A DNA stretch of 64,000 nt from Coleofasciculus sp. B1-GNL1-01 (GCA_040220235.1 JAVJTO010000051.1); one strand, 5' to 3'. Shown: positions 51,868 to 63,387, numbered from the stretch's first letter. Translations and numbers: made by a program. The notes: generated from the sequence alone by a model not told the origin.

Positions 51868-52998
51868 CTACCAACGAGAATCGTGCGTCACTGAATTCCC
51901 CCCAATCGCCACCGCCCGTAAATTATATGATCCGGTTTGTCCGGCTTCATAAGCGTTTGCCATTAACAAATAAATCCCATCGCTGGGTAAAGTGACAAAT
52001 AATCGGGCATTCGTACCACCACCACTATCATCATCTTGGGCTAAATCATTGCCATTGGGATCAAGCAAAATTAAATAAGAATCGATTTCCCCACTGGTCA
52101 TATCGATTTGCACCTGCTGACCCGCTCTGCCTTCAAAGGCATAGATGTCAAAAAAGCTGTTATCGTCTGCTAAAACATGACTTCCCTGATCCAGCCGACC
52201 GGGAATCACTGTACCATTGAGGGCTAAGGGTTGGGGGGGACGGTGAGTCGGAGAGGGGCTGGACTGCTGCACCGTCTGGGACGCACGTCCATTGCCTACA
52301 GCCGCCAGAAACGGGCGAATTCTATCGATGCTAATCGCAAAGCCAATCCCCAGATTCCCGCCGCTAGGACTGCCTAAAATCGCTGTATTTACCCCAATTA
52401 ATTCACCTTGACTATTCAGTAGGGGACCGCCAGAATTTCCTGGGTTAATCGTGGCATCGGTTTGAATTAAGCCCCGTTGTTGGTCGATACGGCTAACAAT
52501 CCCTACGGTAAACGTGCCTTGATACCTGCCAAAGGGATTGCCGATAGCAAATGCCCGTTGTCCAACTTGTACGGGACGAGGAGCCAGAGAAATCGTCGGT
52601 AAATTGCTGGGAGTGCGAATTTTGAGAACCGCTAAATCTAAACCATTCTCCCCAAACGCCACCACATCCGCACTCAGGCGTCTGCCATCCGCTAGGGTTA
52701 CTGTAACTGTAGGGGAACCTGCGACAACATGAGCATTGGTGAGGACTAATCCATCGGCGCTAATAATACTGCCACTCCCTGTACCCTCTACCGTATCAAT
52801 GGAAACCACTGCTGGACTGGCTTGTTGATAAACCTGGATATTAATTTGTTCATCAATATCTTGAGCCACTACAACGGTTGAGCCTAGCCAGAGATTCAGC
52901 CAGTCAATTGGTGCGATCGCGTGGAGAGTCGTAGCACCAATCGCAGTCACAGTAGCAAGGATTCCCGATATAGCAATAGGCAAGCGTTTGGTACTCAT
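51868..52998 (-). CDS. trypsin-like serine protease with PPC domain
   Basis: TNAHVV, DLAVLK, GNSGGP; DSYLILL..DDDSGGG. Confidence 0.9.
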   Translation of the reverse strand: MSTKRLPIAISGILATVTAIGATTLHAIAPIDWLNLWLGSTVVVAQDIDEQINIQVYQQASPAVVSIDTVEGTGSGSIISADGLVLTNAHVVAGSPTVTVTLADGRRLSADVVAFGENGLDLAVLKIRTPSNLPTISLAPRPVQVGQRAFAIGNPFGRYQGTFTVGIVSRIDQQRGLIQTDATINPGNSGGPLLNSQGELIGVNTAILGSPSGGNLGIGFAISIDRIRPFLAAVGNGRASQTVQQSSPSPTHRPPQPLALNGTVIPGRLDQGSHVLADDNSFFDIYAFEGRAGQQVQIDMTSGEIDSYLILLDPNGNDLAQDDDSGGGTNARLFVTLPSDGIYLLMANAYEAGQTGSYNLRAVAIGGNSVTHDSRW

Positions 52999-53375
52999 GG
53001 TTGATGGTCATTAAACCTCAAGGTCTAGTTTTATGGTGGCTTATGCTCAAGTCATTGATCAGAATTATGTGACAATTTTTTTTGGATACACCGTAGGAAA
53101 AGCAGGGGGAGCAGGGGGAGCTGGGGAAGCTGGGGAAGCTGGGGAAGCTGGGGGAGCAGGGAGAGAAAGTTATATCTTTGAATGCAACGTGTTATTCTCA
53201 CTTAGGTTTTTTTCCTTAGACCTTTCTGCCTTGAAGACTTTGGCTACATGTAAAAGAGATCTACACCAATACAAGTGAGCTAGCTCCTATATGTGAGTCC
53301 AGCAAATGAAGTAGCTTGCTTCTCGAAAAGCTAATATGACGAATGACAAATGACAAATGACAAATGACAACTTAT

Positions 53376-55163
53376 TCAGCGCAAGGTCTTAAGTTGGAGC
53401 TGCGCTTCATTATATTGATCAATTCTGCCGTTGTCGAGATGTAGCTTAGAGGCTTGCTCTAAGTCGTTAATCGCTTCCATTGTATTCCCTAGTTCAGCAT
53501 GGGTTAATCCTCGACCCGAGTAAGCAAAGGCATTATTGGGATTAAGTTGAATGGCTTCGGTATAATCGTCTAGAGCGCCAGAGTTATCGCCAAACTTTCG
53601 GCGGACACGGGCGCGATTGGTGTAGGCGACGCTGTTTTGGGGATTGAGTCGAATGGCTTGGGTGTAATCTTCGAGCGCTCCTTGGTTATCGCCTAACTTA
53701 CGACGAATTTCCCCACGATTAATGTAAGCATTCTCATAACTGGGTTCAATGCGAATTGATTGGCTGCAATCTTTGAGTGCTTTTTGATACTCTTTAAGAT
53801 TTAAGTAGGCAATACAGCGATTGTTGTAAGCGATGTGGTTATTTGGATTCTGAGTAATTGCCTCCGTACAATCTGCGATCGCGTCTCGATAGTTTCCTAG
53901 GTTAAACTTTGCCTGACAGCGATTTGTGTAAGCCATACTATCTGTAGGGTCAATCGCGATCGCCTGGGTATAATCGTCTACAGCACCCCTATAGTCTGCC
54001 AAATGAAATCGGGTTCTACCTCGATTGTAATAAGCCTTAGCATCATTGGGATTTAACTCAATGGCTTGAGTATAGTCTGCCATGGCTTCTTGTTTATTAC
54101 CCATCGCCCCCAGCACTAATCCTCGTGCCGCGTAAGCTTGGGCATTTTGGGGATTGAGCTGAATTGCTTGATCGAGATCTGCGATCGCAGCTTTATACTG
54201 GTTCAGTTGGTAGTTGGCGATTCCTCGATGGTAGTACGCTTGATCATCATTGGACTTTCGTTGAATTAATTCGGTAAAGTCTTCTACAGCACCTTGCCAA
54301 TCTTCCAAATCGTAACGGGCTAGTCCTCGCTGATAGTAAGCATCTGTATTACTTGGAGCAAGCTCGATAAGTTTAGTGTAGTCTTCTATAGCGGCTTGAT
54401 GCGCTCCCAAATCATCGTAAGCTATGCCCCGATTCCCATAAGCTAATGGGTTGTTAGGATTAAGCTGAATTGATTCATCAAACGCCTCAATCGCGCCCTG
54501 CACATTACCACTTTTTAGGTGTTCCACTCCCTGTTCAAAAAACTCTTGCGCTTTTTCCCGGTCTGGATTTTGGCTTAGCAGCCCCATTAATCCCAGCCCA
54601 AGGGCTAAACTTATTCCTCCTACCAAAATGGGCAAACGCCATCGCTTCAGTCTGGATTGATTCGTCGATTTCGGCAATGCTTTTTCGGGAAATATTTCCC
54701 AATTGCCAGAATTAGCAATGGATGTTTGGGTCGAGGTGGATATCAAGGGGGATTCTACTTCGGGTTCAAGGGGTTTAGCTGCCAAGGTTAGCATTTCTTG
54801 AAACCGGATCAACCCTTGATCGTCCTTGGGCTGTTGACCGGATTTTTTCTTCAATGTATTTAAGGGATGATCGGGAACAAATTCTTCGACTAGATAAAAT
54901 TTTTTATTTTCGACAAAATAGTTGACAATTTCTGGATTTTGGTTAGTTTGTGCCAACCGTTCCAGGGTTTCAGATTTATGAGTCAAGAGAAATTGCAGCC
55001 TACGAAGTGCCTGAGGATTTTTTGTGGGCAACTTGAGTTGTCGAATTACGCAAACCGGGCAATCGGGATGGCGAGTATCGGCGGCTAGGTAAATTAATCC
55101 TGAGACACCTGAGCCTAAAATCCTGACAACACGATAACGATTATTGAAAACCTGATCGATCAT
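53376..55163 (-). CDS. TPR protein with a degenerate Ser/Thr kinase N-lobe
   Basis: RYRVVRILGSG...FYLVEEFV with no HRD/DFG; one TM; many TPRs. Confidence 0.85.
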   Translation of the reverse strand: MIDQVFNNRYRVVRILGSGVSGLIYLAADTRHPDCPVCVIRQLKLPTKNPQALRRLQFLLTHKSETLERLAQTNQNPEIVNYFVENKKFYLVEEFVPDHPLNTLKKKSGQQPKDDQGLIRFQEMLTLAAKPLEPEVESPLISTSTQTSIANSGNWEIFPEKALPKSTNQSRLKRWRLPILVGGISLALGLGLMGLLSQNPDREKAQEFFEQGVEHLKSGNVQGAIEAFDESIQLNPNNPLAYGNRGIAYDDLGAHQAAIEDYTKLIELAPSNTDAYYQRGLARYDLEDWQGAVEDFTELIQRKSNDDQAYYHRGIANYQLNQYKAAIADLDQAIQLNPQNAQAYAARGLVLGAMGNKQEAMADYTQAIELNPNDAKAYYNRGRTRFHLADYRGAVDDYTQAIAIDPTDSMAYTNRCQAKFNLGNYRDAIADCTEAITQNPNNHIAYNNRCIAYLNLKEYQKALKDCSQSIRIEPSYENAYINRGEIRRKLGDNQGALEDYTQAIRLNPQNSVAYTNRARVRRKFGDNSGALDDYTEAIQLNPNNAFAYSGRGLTHAELGNTMEAINDLEQASKLHLDNGRIDQYNEAQLQLKTLR

Positions 55164-55416
55164 GGCAGCCTAGCACCTGGCTTATCGCCCTAAAGCATCC
55201 GTTTGGGGTCATTTTAAGTGTAGTCTGATCCCAAAAGGGAAAGGGGAACTGCTTAGCAGGGAACAGTAAAGAATGTCCTAACCTCAATGGCACGCTCCAG
55301 TCAGCATTTTGCGATCGCCGAAATTCTTGATATACCGTAGGGTTGGTACTGCCCACCAGCATACCAGTCAGGGGCATTCACCCTCGCGTATCTGCGTAGC
55401 CCTAGATATAACTGGA

Positions 55417-56163
55417 CTACACCCTCTGTCTGGTTAAATCTAAGATTAACTCCGCTAACTGGGGAGTTGCGCCAAGGGGTTCACCGAACTCAAGTTGGAG
55501 TTGAGGGTATTGCTGTTGTAAATCAAGGACAGATTGCGCGATCGCGTCTGTAATTCCGCCAGCAAACAGAAAGTAAGGCACAATGGCGATATGCTGATAC
55601 CCAGCTTCCGCTAAGGTAGCAACTCGTTGACTGAGGGTTGGTTCGATTGACCAATAAGCATCTATAGCGCCTAATTGTTTGGCTAAGGCGGCGACTGGCT
55701 GGTTACCACCAGGACGACGTGTGCCATGAGAGATTAGAATTTTAATCGGAGCATTTAGGGGTGGCTGTTGATTCACCAGCAGTTGTCCTAAATGGGGATG
55801 TACTCCGATATGAGGTTGCAAGTTGATGGTTAATTTTTCCCCTAACCGTTGTTGTGCGATCGCTACTTCTTCCGGGATATCCTCCATCACGTGTACCCCC
55901 GGTAAGAGAAATAAGGGCAAAGCTTGGATCGGTGGGTAGCCAGTTCTTATCGCTTGAGTCGCAAACTGACAAATTTGTTCATGTAAGGGTAGAGGTGCTA
56001 GTTCTAACGTGGCAGTTCCGACGCGAATCCTCAAGGCTTGACTTGCCTCACCTTGACTCGCTAACTGCTTCTGGAGTAACTGTGCCAATTCCTCTAGTCC
56101 TCGCTGAGGACGTGGATCTCGGCTTCCATGAGCAATAAGTAGATAAGCAGAGGAGCTAGGCAA
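55417..56163 (-). CDS. sirohydrochlorin chelatase (CbiX/SirB family)
   Basis: AHGSRDP, PLFLLPGVHVMEDIP, HGTRR, PYFLFAG. Confidence 0.88.
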   Translation of the reverse strand: MPSSSAYLLIAHGSRDPRPQRGLEELAQLLQKQLASQGEASQALRIRVGTATLELAPLPLHEQICQFATQAIRTGYPPIQALPLFLLPGVHVMEDIPEEVAIAQQRLGEKLTINLQPHIGVHPHLGQLLVNQQPPLNAPIKILISHGTRRPGGNQPVAALAKQLGAIDAYWSIEPTLSQRVATLAEAGYQHIAIVPYFLFAGGITDAIAQSVLDLQQQYPQLQLEFGEPLGATPQLAELILDLTRQRV

Positions 56164-56354
56164 GAGTCTTAATCGTTAATGGGGATTACTTAATAAACAA
56201 TTGTATCGTCACAGTACCATATTCCCCTGCAATTGTCCTTGCATACGATGATTGAGGGTCGAACGATTACCCAACCTTGGCGATTCGTCAAGCAGGTGGC
56301 AAAAGCTGATGATATCCCCACCGTTGATGAATTGGTGCGCTTAGTCCCCCTCAC

Positions 56355-56756
56355 TTGAGTGAAGACTATCCTTTAAACGTCGGTCAGGAATTAGTCGATC
56401 AGCAAGAAAAACAGAATAATCCTCAGATGGGATTATATCGACAGGAAGGAATTGTTCTGAATGTGGAAACACCGTCTAAAGGATTTCAATGGAAATTTAA
56501 ACCCCCATCAATGGAAGAATATCATCGGTTGGCGAGAGTTAAAATTTGTCCAGTTACCGTATTTCATTCAATTTGGAAAATGGTCGATCATGGAGAGAAT
56601 ATATCACTTGCCGCTCTGCAAGAAAATATGGCAAAAGAATATGGAAAAGACACTGTATTGGAGCAATTAACCATGATTGAGCATCACTACTGGCTGTGGT
56701 ATTCCAACTACTTCGCTCAAATCGTTGCCGCCTTTGATGTTCAATCGGACAATTAA
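56355..56756 (+). CDS. hypothetical protein
   Basis: 133-aa intergenic ORF, start uncertain. Confidence 0.5.
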   Translation: MSEDYPLNVGQELVDQQEKQNNPQMGLYRQEGIVLNVETPSKGFQWKFKPPSMEEYHRLARVKICPVTVFHSIWKMVDHGENISLAALQENMAKEYGKDTVLEQLTMIEHHYWLWYSNYFAQIVAAFDVQSDN

Positions 56757-56760
56757 GCGA

Positions 56761-57705
56761 TTAGCATTGAATCGTTTCTTTCTCTCGTTTCAGGAATGGT
56801 AATGAAGTGGGGGAGGAATGCGTGGAAACATAATTCCAATTTCGCTCTTGACGATTACCTCCTTTACTCCGCAAGAAACCCACTAAGTTTTGCAAAAGTG
56901 ATGGCGTAATCCCTTGTTTCTCTGACGCTTTAGACAACTGAGCCGGTAAAGGCTCAATTTCTTGAGTGGGCAAAATACCAGCCAACAGAGGTACTTCCTC
57001 AACTAAACCTACAGTCATCAGGGTAAATGCGACATGCTGCACTTGTTCAACGGGAACATTTAGTTCTTTAGCGATCGCAGACAATGAAACTGTCCCTTGC
57101 GATCGTTCCCATACTTGCTCCTCTAAAGGATACAAGCGATAAGCCGGACTACCCGCCATGATACTAGCTAATCCTGAATTTGGATCAGGTAGTTTATCAT
57201 GGAGATTATCCCAATTTTTCAGTAATCGCAACCCTCTCAATGTGGCTTCTGTCGCTGAGATGCTCAATCCCGTCATTTCTTTGGTGGGGATGGGAGCGTT
57301 TGGAATAAATTTAAACTGACCTTCCTTGAGTTCAAATAACGTACACACTCGCTGCAATACCTGATTCTGAAAAAGCTGCTTTAAATGTTCGATTGACAAG
57401 ATTCCGTGATGTTTGAGACTCAACCCCAAGGGTTTATCAGTCGGACATAGCTGTACAAGTTTTGTTACTACACGCTGGCTCACTCCCATCTGTTCAGCAA
57501 TCAATTTCACTAAACCTTGATGATCTAATTGATGTGCTGCCGCCACAATACGTCCCTGGTAAACCCAAATGTAATAAATTGTGTTGAGTGGTGTGGGGTC
57601 TTCTGGCAATGCTCCTAGCGTCAACACTCCAGTTTTCTGTCCTTTCTCTAGAAACTGGAAAATTTCTGGTATCGAAAAGTCGGATAAGGAACTGGTAATC
57701 GACAT
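56761..57705 (-). CDS. DUF4388/PATAN-domain protein
   Basis: SLSDFSIPEIFQFLEKGQKTGVL; YYIWVYQGRIVAA. Confidence 0.85.
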   Translation of the reverse strand: MSITSSLSDFSIPEIFQFLEKGQKTGVLTLGALPEDPTPLNTIYYIWVYQGRIVAAAHQLDHQGLVKLIAEQMGVSQRVVTKLVQLCPTDKPLGLSLKHHGILSIEHLKQLFQNQVLQRVCTLFELKEGQFKFIPNAPIPTKEMTGLSISATEATLRGLRLLKNWDNLHDKLPDPNSGLASIMAGSPAYRLYPLEEQVWERSQGTVSLSAIAKELNVPVEQVQHVAFTLMTVGLVEEVPLLAGILPTQEIEPLPAQLSKASEKQGITPSLLQNLVGFLRSKGGNRQERNWNYVSTHSSPTSLPFLKREKETIQC

Positions 57706-58560
57706 AATTGTTGAATTGAACGCTACGCAGGATAATTTGCTCTACTACTAACGCATACTACGCTTTATTGGCTTACTTCGTAAGGTTTCAGACGCCTTGC
57801 TTTTCAATTCTTTACTAGCCGTGAGCAAATTGTCGGCTTTTTGTTATCTGCTATACGAAAACTTGGTGATTTGCCGCCAGGAACCTGGCATTTAGCGCTG
57901 AAGGTTTACTCTAAAATACTAAAATTTGTTAAGCGATCGGCTCAGTCTTTATTCCTAAGTATCTATACCGACTCCCAAAAAGACAAAGGGGATTGTATGG
58001 TGCTATTGAGTAGGTCATCTCAATTTGACGCTTATTCTGCTGGTGGATTATCTCCGTAAAATCACTGAATAATCATCTAAGATGTTAGCGATTGCTCACA
58101 ATCTTCAATCTAAACAAAAATCAAAAACTCTAACATTGTAAAAATTGATACAGTTAAATCCTTGAACTTGATCAGGACTACAGCTAGACAGAATCACCAG
58201 TGCTTGCCGTGGAGCATCGAACCTGTCTGCGATCGCGCAGAGCAGAGTTGACAGTTTTACCGTATAGAGCAGATAGGACTCATACCAAATTGCAGTCTAA
58301 TGTAGAACTTTCTTTTTCTCCCTCTCACCCCCTCACCCCCTCACCCCATCTACTCTATCTGCTATCTTTGAACGCAACTTGGTATCAGTTTTAAGGTGGC
58401 GTACTCCCAACCCTGCCCATACACCATCAATGACAGTCTCTCTATAACAAGAGCCATTCTATTGTATCTCCTTAGCTAGAGGCATCGGATTAATAAAGTT
58501 GCTTAAATTAAAATTAATCCCTAAACCACAGTAATTTGAAGCATTAAAAGGTAGAGTTTG

Positions 58561-60213
58561 ATGGCTAGATCAATTGAATTTAAATTATTCGCCCCTTACA
58601 ACAAAGGCGCTGTATTGAAAGGATGTTTCTCAGATTGGCAAGACATCCAGATGGAGAAAGGAGAGGATGGTTATTTCCGCACCTCAGTTGAGCTTGAGGA
58701 TGGCACTTACCAGTACAAGTTTTGTGTGCAATCTAAATCCTGGTTTTTGGAACCCGATCAATGGGTTGATGTCACCGATCCCTACGCGACAGGAGTGATT
58801 GATGACGAAACCCAGAATGGTGTAGTGAGAATTAAGGACGGACAAAGGATTGTTGATACCTACACCTGGCAGCATGACGACACCCCCTTGCCTCAAAATC
58901 ACGAATTAGTCATCTATGAAATGCACATTGGAGACTTCTCTGGTGGCGAAGATGATTCCCATCCACGCGGTCAATTCAAACACGTTGTTGAGAAAATAGA
59001 TTACCTGTGCGAACTAGGGATCAATGCCATTCAGCTGATGCCGATGATGGAATATCCGGGAGACTATAGTTGGGGCTATAATGTGCGCCATTTCTTTGCC
59101 TTAGAGTCTAGCTATGGTGAAACCGAAGAGTTGAAGCATTTAATTGATCAGTGCCATTCTCGTGGTATTCGAGTAATTGTCGATGGAATTTTCAACCATT
59201 CAGAATCCGAACACCCCTTAACCCAGATTGACCACGATTACTGGTATCACCATGAACCCCCTCATGAATTTAGTTGGGGACCAGAGTTTAATTATGAACA
59301 CTATGACGAGAACTTAGAGATTAAACCCGCCTGGAAATTCATTGGCGATGTGGTGCTATTCTGGATTGAGGAATATCATATCGACGGTATTCGCTACGAT
59401 GCGGCGAAGCAAATTGAAAATTATGATTTCATGCATTGGATTACTGAACAAGCCCATAAAAAGGCAGGAGATAAGCCATTTTACAATGTCGCTGAACACA
59501 TCCCAGAAACTCCCAGTATTACCAATGTGGATGGTCCGATGGATGGCTGCTGGCATGATAGTTTTGCCTACTGCCTCAAGGATCACATCTTTGGTGATAC
59601 CTTCGATGTAGAGCGTCTCAAGGATGCCCTTGATGGTAAGCGTCAAGGCTTTATGGGGGCAGTTAATCTCGTAAATTATCTGACTAGCCATGATCAAGAA
59701 CGGTTGATGGTGGAGTTGGCAGATCATGAAATCTTTGATGAAGTGGCATTTAAACGGATCAAGTTCGGTGTGGCTCTTTTAATGACGGCTGTCGGCATCC
59801 CGTTAATTTTAATGGGTGAGGAGTTTGGAGAATATAAACCGTTAAAGCCTGAGTCATCTAAACTGGATTGGACTCTGTTGAAAAATGAAGAAAGTCAGGG
59901 GTTATTGGACTACTACAAAGGTTTGATTCGACTGCGGAAAGAGAATTATGCTCTCTATGGAGACAACATTGATTTCTTCTATGAAGATCCCGAAGCCAAA
60001 GTTCTGGGATACATTCGCTGGAATGATGAAGGATCGCAGCTAATTATCATTGCCAATTTTTCGGATCACTTCTTGGAGGGATACGCTGTGTCCCAAATTC
60101 CGGAGTCAGGAAAGTGGCATGAATGGACGAGGGACTACGATGTTGAAGTGGTGGAAGGCAAATTGGAATTGGACTTGGGAGAGTACGAAGCCAAAGTTTT
60201 CGTCTGGCAGTGA
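58561..60213 (+). CDS. GH13 alpha-amylase family enzyme with N-terminal CBM48-like domain
   Basis: VIYEMHIGDF, SWGYN, DGIRYDAA, VAE, SHD catalytic regions. Confidence 0.9.
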   Translation: MARSIEFKLFAPYNKGAVLKGCFSDWQDIQMEKGEDGYFRTSVELEDGTYQYKFCVQSKSWFLEPDQWVDVTDPYATGVIDDETQNGVVRIKDGQRIVDTYTWQHDDTPLPQNHELVIYEMHIGDFSGGEDDSHPRGQFKHVVEKIDYLCELGINAIQLMPMMEYPGDYSWGYNVRHFFALESSYGETEELKHLIDQCHSRGIRVIVDGIFNHSESEHPLTQIDHDYWYHHEPPHEFSWGPEFNYEHYDENLEIKPAWKFIGDVVLFWIEEYHIDGIRYDAAKQIENYDFMHWITEQAHKKAGDKPFYNVAEHIPETPSITNVDGPMDGCWHDSFAYCLKDHIFGDTFDVERLKDALDGKRQGFMGAVNLVNYLTSHDQERLMVELADHEIFDEVAFKRIKFGVALLMTAVGIPLILMGEEFGEYKPLKPESSKLDWTLLKNEESQGLLDYYKGLIRLRKENYALYGDNIDFFYEDPEAKVLGYIRWNDEGSQLIIIANFSDHFLEGYAVSQIPESGKWHEWTRDYDVEVVEGKLELDLGEYEAKVFVWQ

Positions 60214-60609
60214 TACAAGTGAACTACTCCGGCTTACTTCATAGAAGCCGGAGCTTCTCACTTCCCAGGGGATTGCTTAAATTCCCTGCTCCCTCCTGTT
60301 CCCTGTTGCCGAGGAAGATGGGGAAGGTAGCTTATCATAGTATATAGGGATGTATGTAGAGATTAAGCATAAACGACTGTCTGGGTTCATCTAAAAGGTG
60401 GACATCTTGCGAGTAGTGGTTTAAGGCACTAAAACAGGGCAAGCAGGTTCCTGGGTGATGCACCATTAAAAACCTGCATGTAAACCATGATTCGGCGCGA
60501 CTTCCTCCCCAACGCTAAGATGGGGTATCCAGCCGCAAAAGTATGGATGAATAATCAACACTCAAGCCAGTTTAGACTTATAATTTTGACACCAGTCCCC
60601 ACCTGAGCT

Positions 60610-61713
60610 ATGTTTAACCGTTTCCAAGATCTATTTTCTAAGGGTAAAAAGGGTATCGGGATAGAATTAGCACCAGAACGTATTAGTATCGCCCAACTGC
60701 GTAAGCAAGGTCAGGGCTACAAGCTGGTGAGCCTTCACACCCATGAAGTCCCCGAAGGTTTGTTTGACGGAGGGAAGATTATCGATGCCGCCAGTTTAGC
60801 TGAACTTGTGACTGAAATTCTTGATGAACATAAACTCAAAGTCGAGCAAGTCGCCACGGCTGTCCCCATGCGGGAAGCGGTGATTCGGATTATTCCGATT
60901 CCAGCTGAACTCGATGACACTGAACTGCGAGATATGGTTCTCAACCATGAAGCCGGTCTATACTTACCCTATCCGCGCGAAGAAGTGGATTTAGATTACC
61001 AAAAACTGGGCTTCTTCATGGACGAAGATGGGATTGAAAAAGTACAAGTCTTGTTGGTGGCAACACGCCGCGAGGTGACAGACACCTATCTGGATACCTT
61101 CCAACTGGTGGGGTTAAAGGTGGATGTCCTGGAAATCAATAGTTTTGCCCTGATTCGCACCATCCGCGAGCAACTGCGACAGTTTGCGCCCCAAGAAGCG
61201 GCGGTATTAGTGGATATAGAATTTGATAGTACCGAAATTGCGATTATTGTCGATGGGGTTCCCCAGTTTTCCCGCACCGTTCCCATTGGCACATTCCAAC
61301 TCCAGAGTGCCTTGTCGCGAGCCATGAATTTACCGACATCCAGAAACACGGAACTCTTGCAGGGAATGACGATACCCAACACCCCCGTAGATGGCATTCG
61401 CACAGGTGCTACGGGCATTAATCCGGGAATGGCAGCACTGCTGAGAGTTTTAGGGGAACTCGCCGATGAATTGCGTCGTTCCATCGACTTTTATTTAAAT
61501 CAGAGTGAAAATCTAGAAGTGGCTCAACTCCTCCTCGCTGGACCTGGTGGCGGAATTGGACAACTGGATGAATTTTTCACCCAACGATTAAGCTTGCCTA
61601 CCACTCAGGTTGATCCGATTGCGGCACTATCCTTAGAGATGGAGCAAGATGTTCCCCCAGTACAACGACCCGGATTGGGAACGGTACTAGGATTAGGATT
61701 GCGGGAGGTTTAA
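60610..61713 (+). CDS. pilM: type IV pilus assembly protein PilM
   Basis: actin-like fold; GIGIEL; DELRRSIDFY; pilMNOQ order. Confidence 0.95.
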   Translation: MFNRFQDLFSKGKKGIGIELAPERISIAQLRKQGQGYKLVSLHTHEVPEGLFDGGKIIDAASLAELVTEILDEHKLKVEQVATAVPMREAVIRIIPIPAELDDTELRDMVLNHEAGLYLPYPREEVDLDYQKLGFFMDEDGIEKVQVLLVATRREVTDTYLDTFQLVGLKVDVLEINSFALIRTIREQLRQFAPQEAAVLVDIEFDSTEIAIIVDGVPQFSRTVPIGTFQLQSALSRAMNLPTSRNTELLQGMTIPNTPVDGIRTGATGINPGMAALLRVLGELADELRRSIDFYLNQSENLEVAQLLLAGPGGGIGQLDEFFTQRLSLPTTQVDPIAALSLEMEQDVPPVQRPGLGTVLGLGLREV

Positions 61714-61718
61714 CCCTA

Positions 61719-62600
61719 ATGTATAGTCTCGATATTAATTTTCTTAAAGATAGACCCGAATATCGCCAACCCGATAAAGGGTCTGAGTCCCCCAAAGCCA
61801 AAAAACAGATTCAAATGGGGGAAATGACGCCGCTGATTATAGGCGTGATTGTCGGGTTACTGCCGCTGGCGTTAGTCGCCGGAGTCGGTTTTTTGTGGTT
61901 ACCTCAGCAAAATGCCAAGTTAAATCAGGAAATTGCTGAAATCGACGCCGAACTGCAAAGCTTGCAAGCGGAAAAAAATAAAATTAATAACCTGAATAAT
62001 CAAATCCAAGCGGTGAGACAAGAAACCGAAGCCTTGGCAACGGTCTTTAATCAAATTAAGCCTTGGTCAGCCATTCTACAGGATATTCGCGATCGCGTCC
62101 CCACCGGAGTCCAAATTCAAGCGATTGAACAAACGGAAACCGAAACCCAAGCGGCGGAGGGGACTGAGGGTAGCGCCCCCTTACCCACAATTAACGTGGA
62201 GATTTCTGGTTTAGCACGTTCATTTGATGATGTAAACAACTTTCTGCTGACGCTACAGCAATCCCCCTTCTTTCAAGAGGAAGAAACTCATATCGTTAGC
62301 GCTCAACTGGAGGAGAACCCTGCTGAGTTAGAAGTACCGGAAAAGGAAGGCGGCGAGACGGTGGCTGAGATAACCTACGAGTTGCCCAAAGTGGTAGGCT
62401 ATACCGTTGAAACGAGCTTGACAAATGTCCCCGCCTCTGAGCTATTGCGCGAAATTGACCGCAAAGGAGCGGTGGGATTAGTGGCTCGGATCAAAGCCTT
62501 ACAGCAGATTGAGCAAAATCAGGCAACGGAGACACCTAGCGCAGCTCCAAGCCCAAGCCCAAGCCCAAGCCCAAGCCCAACCGAGACAACTACGGAGTGA
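61719..62600 (+). CDS. pilN: type IV pilus assembly protein PilN
   Basis: LDINFL N-terminal motif, TM, coiled coil. Confidence 0.92.
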   Translation: MYSLDINFLKDRPEYRQPDKGSESPKAKKQIQMGEMTPLIIGVIVGLLPLALVAGVGFLWLPQQNAKLNQEIAEIDAELQSLQAEKNKINNLNNQIQAVRQETEALATVFNQIKPWSAILQDIRDRVPTGVQIQAIEQTETETQAAEGTEGSAPLPTINVEISGLARSFDDVNNFLLTLQQSPFFQEEETHIVSAQLEENPAELEVPEKEGGETVAEITYELPKVVGYTVETSLTNVPASELLREIDRKGAVGLVARIKALQQIEQNQATETPSAAPSPSPSPSPSPTETTTE

Positions 62601-62607
62601 TGTAACT

Positions 62608-63387
62608 ATGACTTATGCTGATCCAGATTTTATCCCCGTTGAAGAGCAGGAGGAAGAACCCAGTTATCCGGTGGCGTTTGGGATTACCTTCACGCCAAAA
62701 GTGTCCGGAATTGTCTTCGCTGTCTTAGGCGTTTTGGGAGCCGCTTATCTAGCCATGAACGTGGTGCAGCCCGTGTGGCAAGAATACCAGGGCTTGAAGA
62801 CGCAGCGTCAAGAAAAAGAGGGTCAACTCCAAGATCCCGAAGAAATTCAGCAGCAGATTCAACAGAAAGAACAAGAATTAGCTCAGGTAAAGCAGCAAAA
62901 CCAAACGGTGACTGGTTTATTTGCTGATCAAGAATCGGTAAATACCTTGCTGCTCGATGTGAATCGGTTTATCAAAGACGCAGACGGAACATTGACGAGT
63001 TATGAACCTGTTCAAGTCAATGAAGAAAGCAATATCGTTACCGATAGTTCCCTGGGAGCAGCCGTTGACGGCAAACTCAAACGCCAAAGCTTTAATTTAG
63101 AGATGGAGGGCAGCTTTAACGAAATCCAGTCAATTTTACGGAGTATTGAGCGACTGCAAACCCTAGTCGTGGTGAAAGAGTTGACGACAGATATCAGCAC
63201 ACCGCAAGGGCTGTTAGTCGATGACAAAGGTACGGTGACACCCATTGTGCAGAAAGATGAAGAAATCATTCCCGGTGCTCCACCGACTCTGACAACAAGC
63301 TATAGACTGGATGTGTTGATGCCCTTGAGTGAGGAACAAAAGCAAGAGCAGGCAGCGGCAGCCGCCGCTGAAGGAGAAGCTCAGTAA
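62608..63387 (+). CDS. pilO: type IV pilus assembly protein PilO
   Basis: probable ATG at 62608; YPVAFGITFTP, TM, coiled coil. Confidence 0.88.
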   Translation: MTYADPDFIPVEEQEEEPSYPVAFGITFTPKVSGIVFAVLGVLGAAYLAMNVVQPVWQEYQGLKTQRQEKEGQLQDPEEIQQQIQQKEQELAQVKQQNQTVTGLFADQESVNTLLLDVNRFIKDADGTLTSYEPVQVNEESNIVTDSSLGAAVDGKLKRQSFNLEMEGSFNEIQSILRSIERLQTLVVVKELTTDISTPQGLLVDDKGTVTPIVQKDEEIIPGAPPTLTTSYRLDVLMPLSEEQKQEQAAAAAAEGEAQ

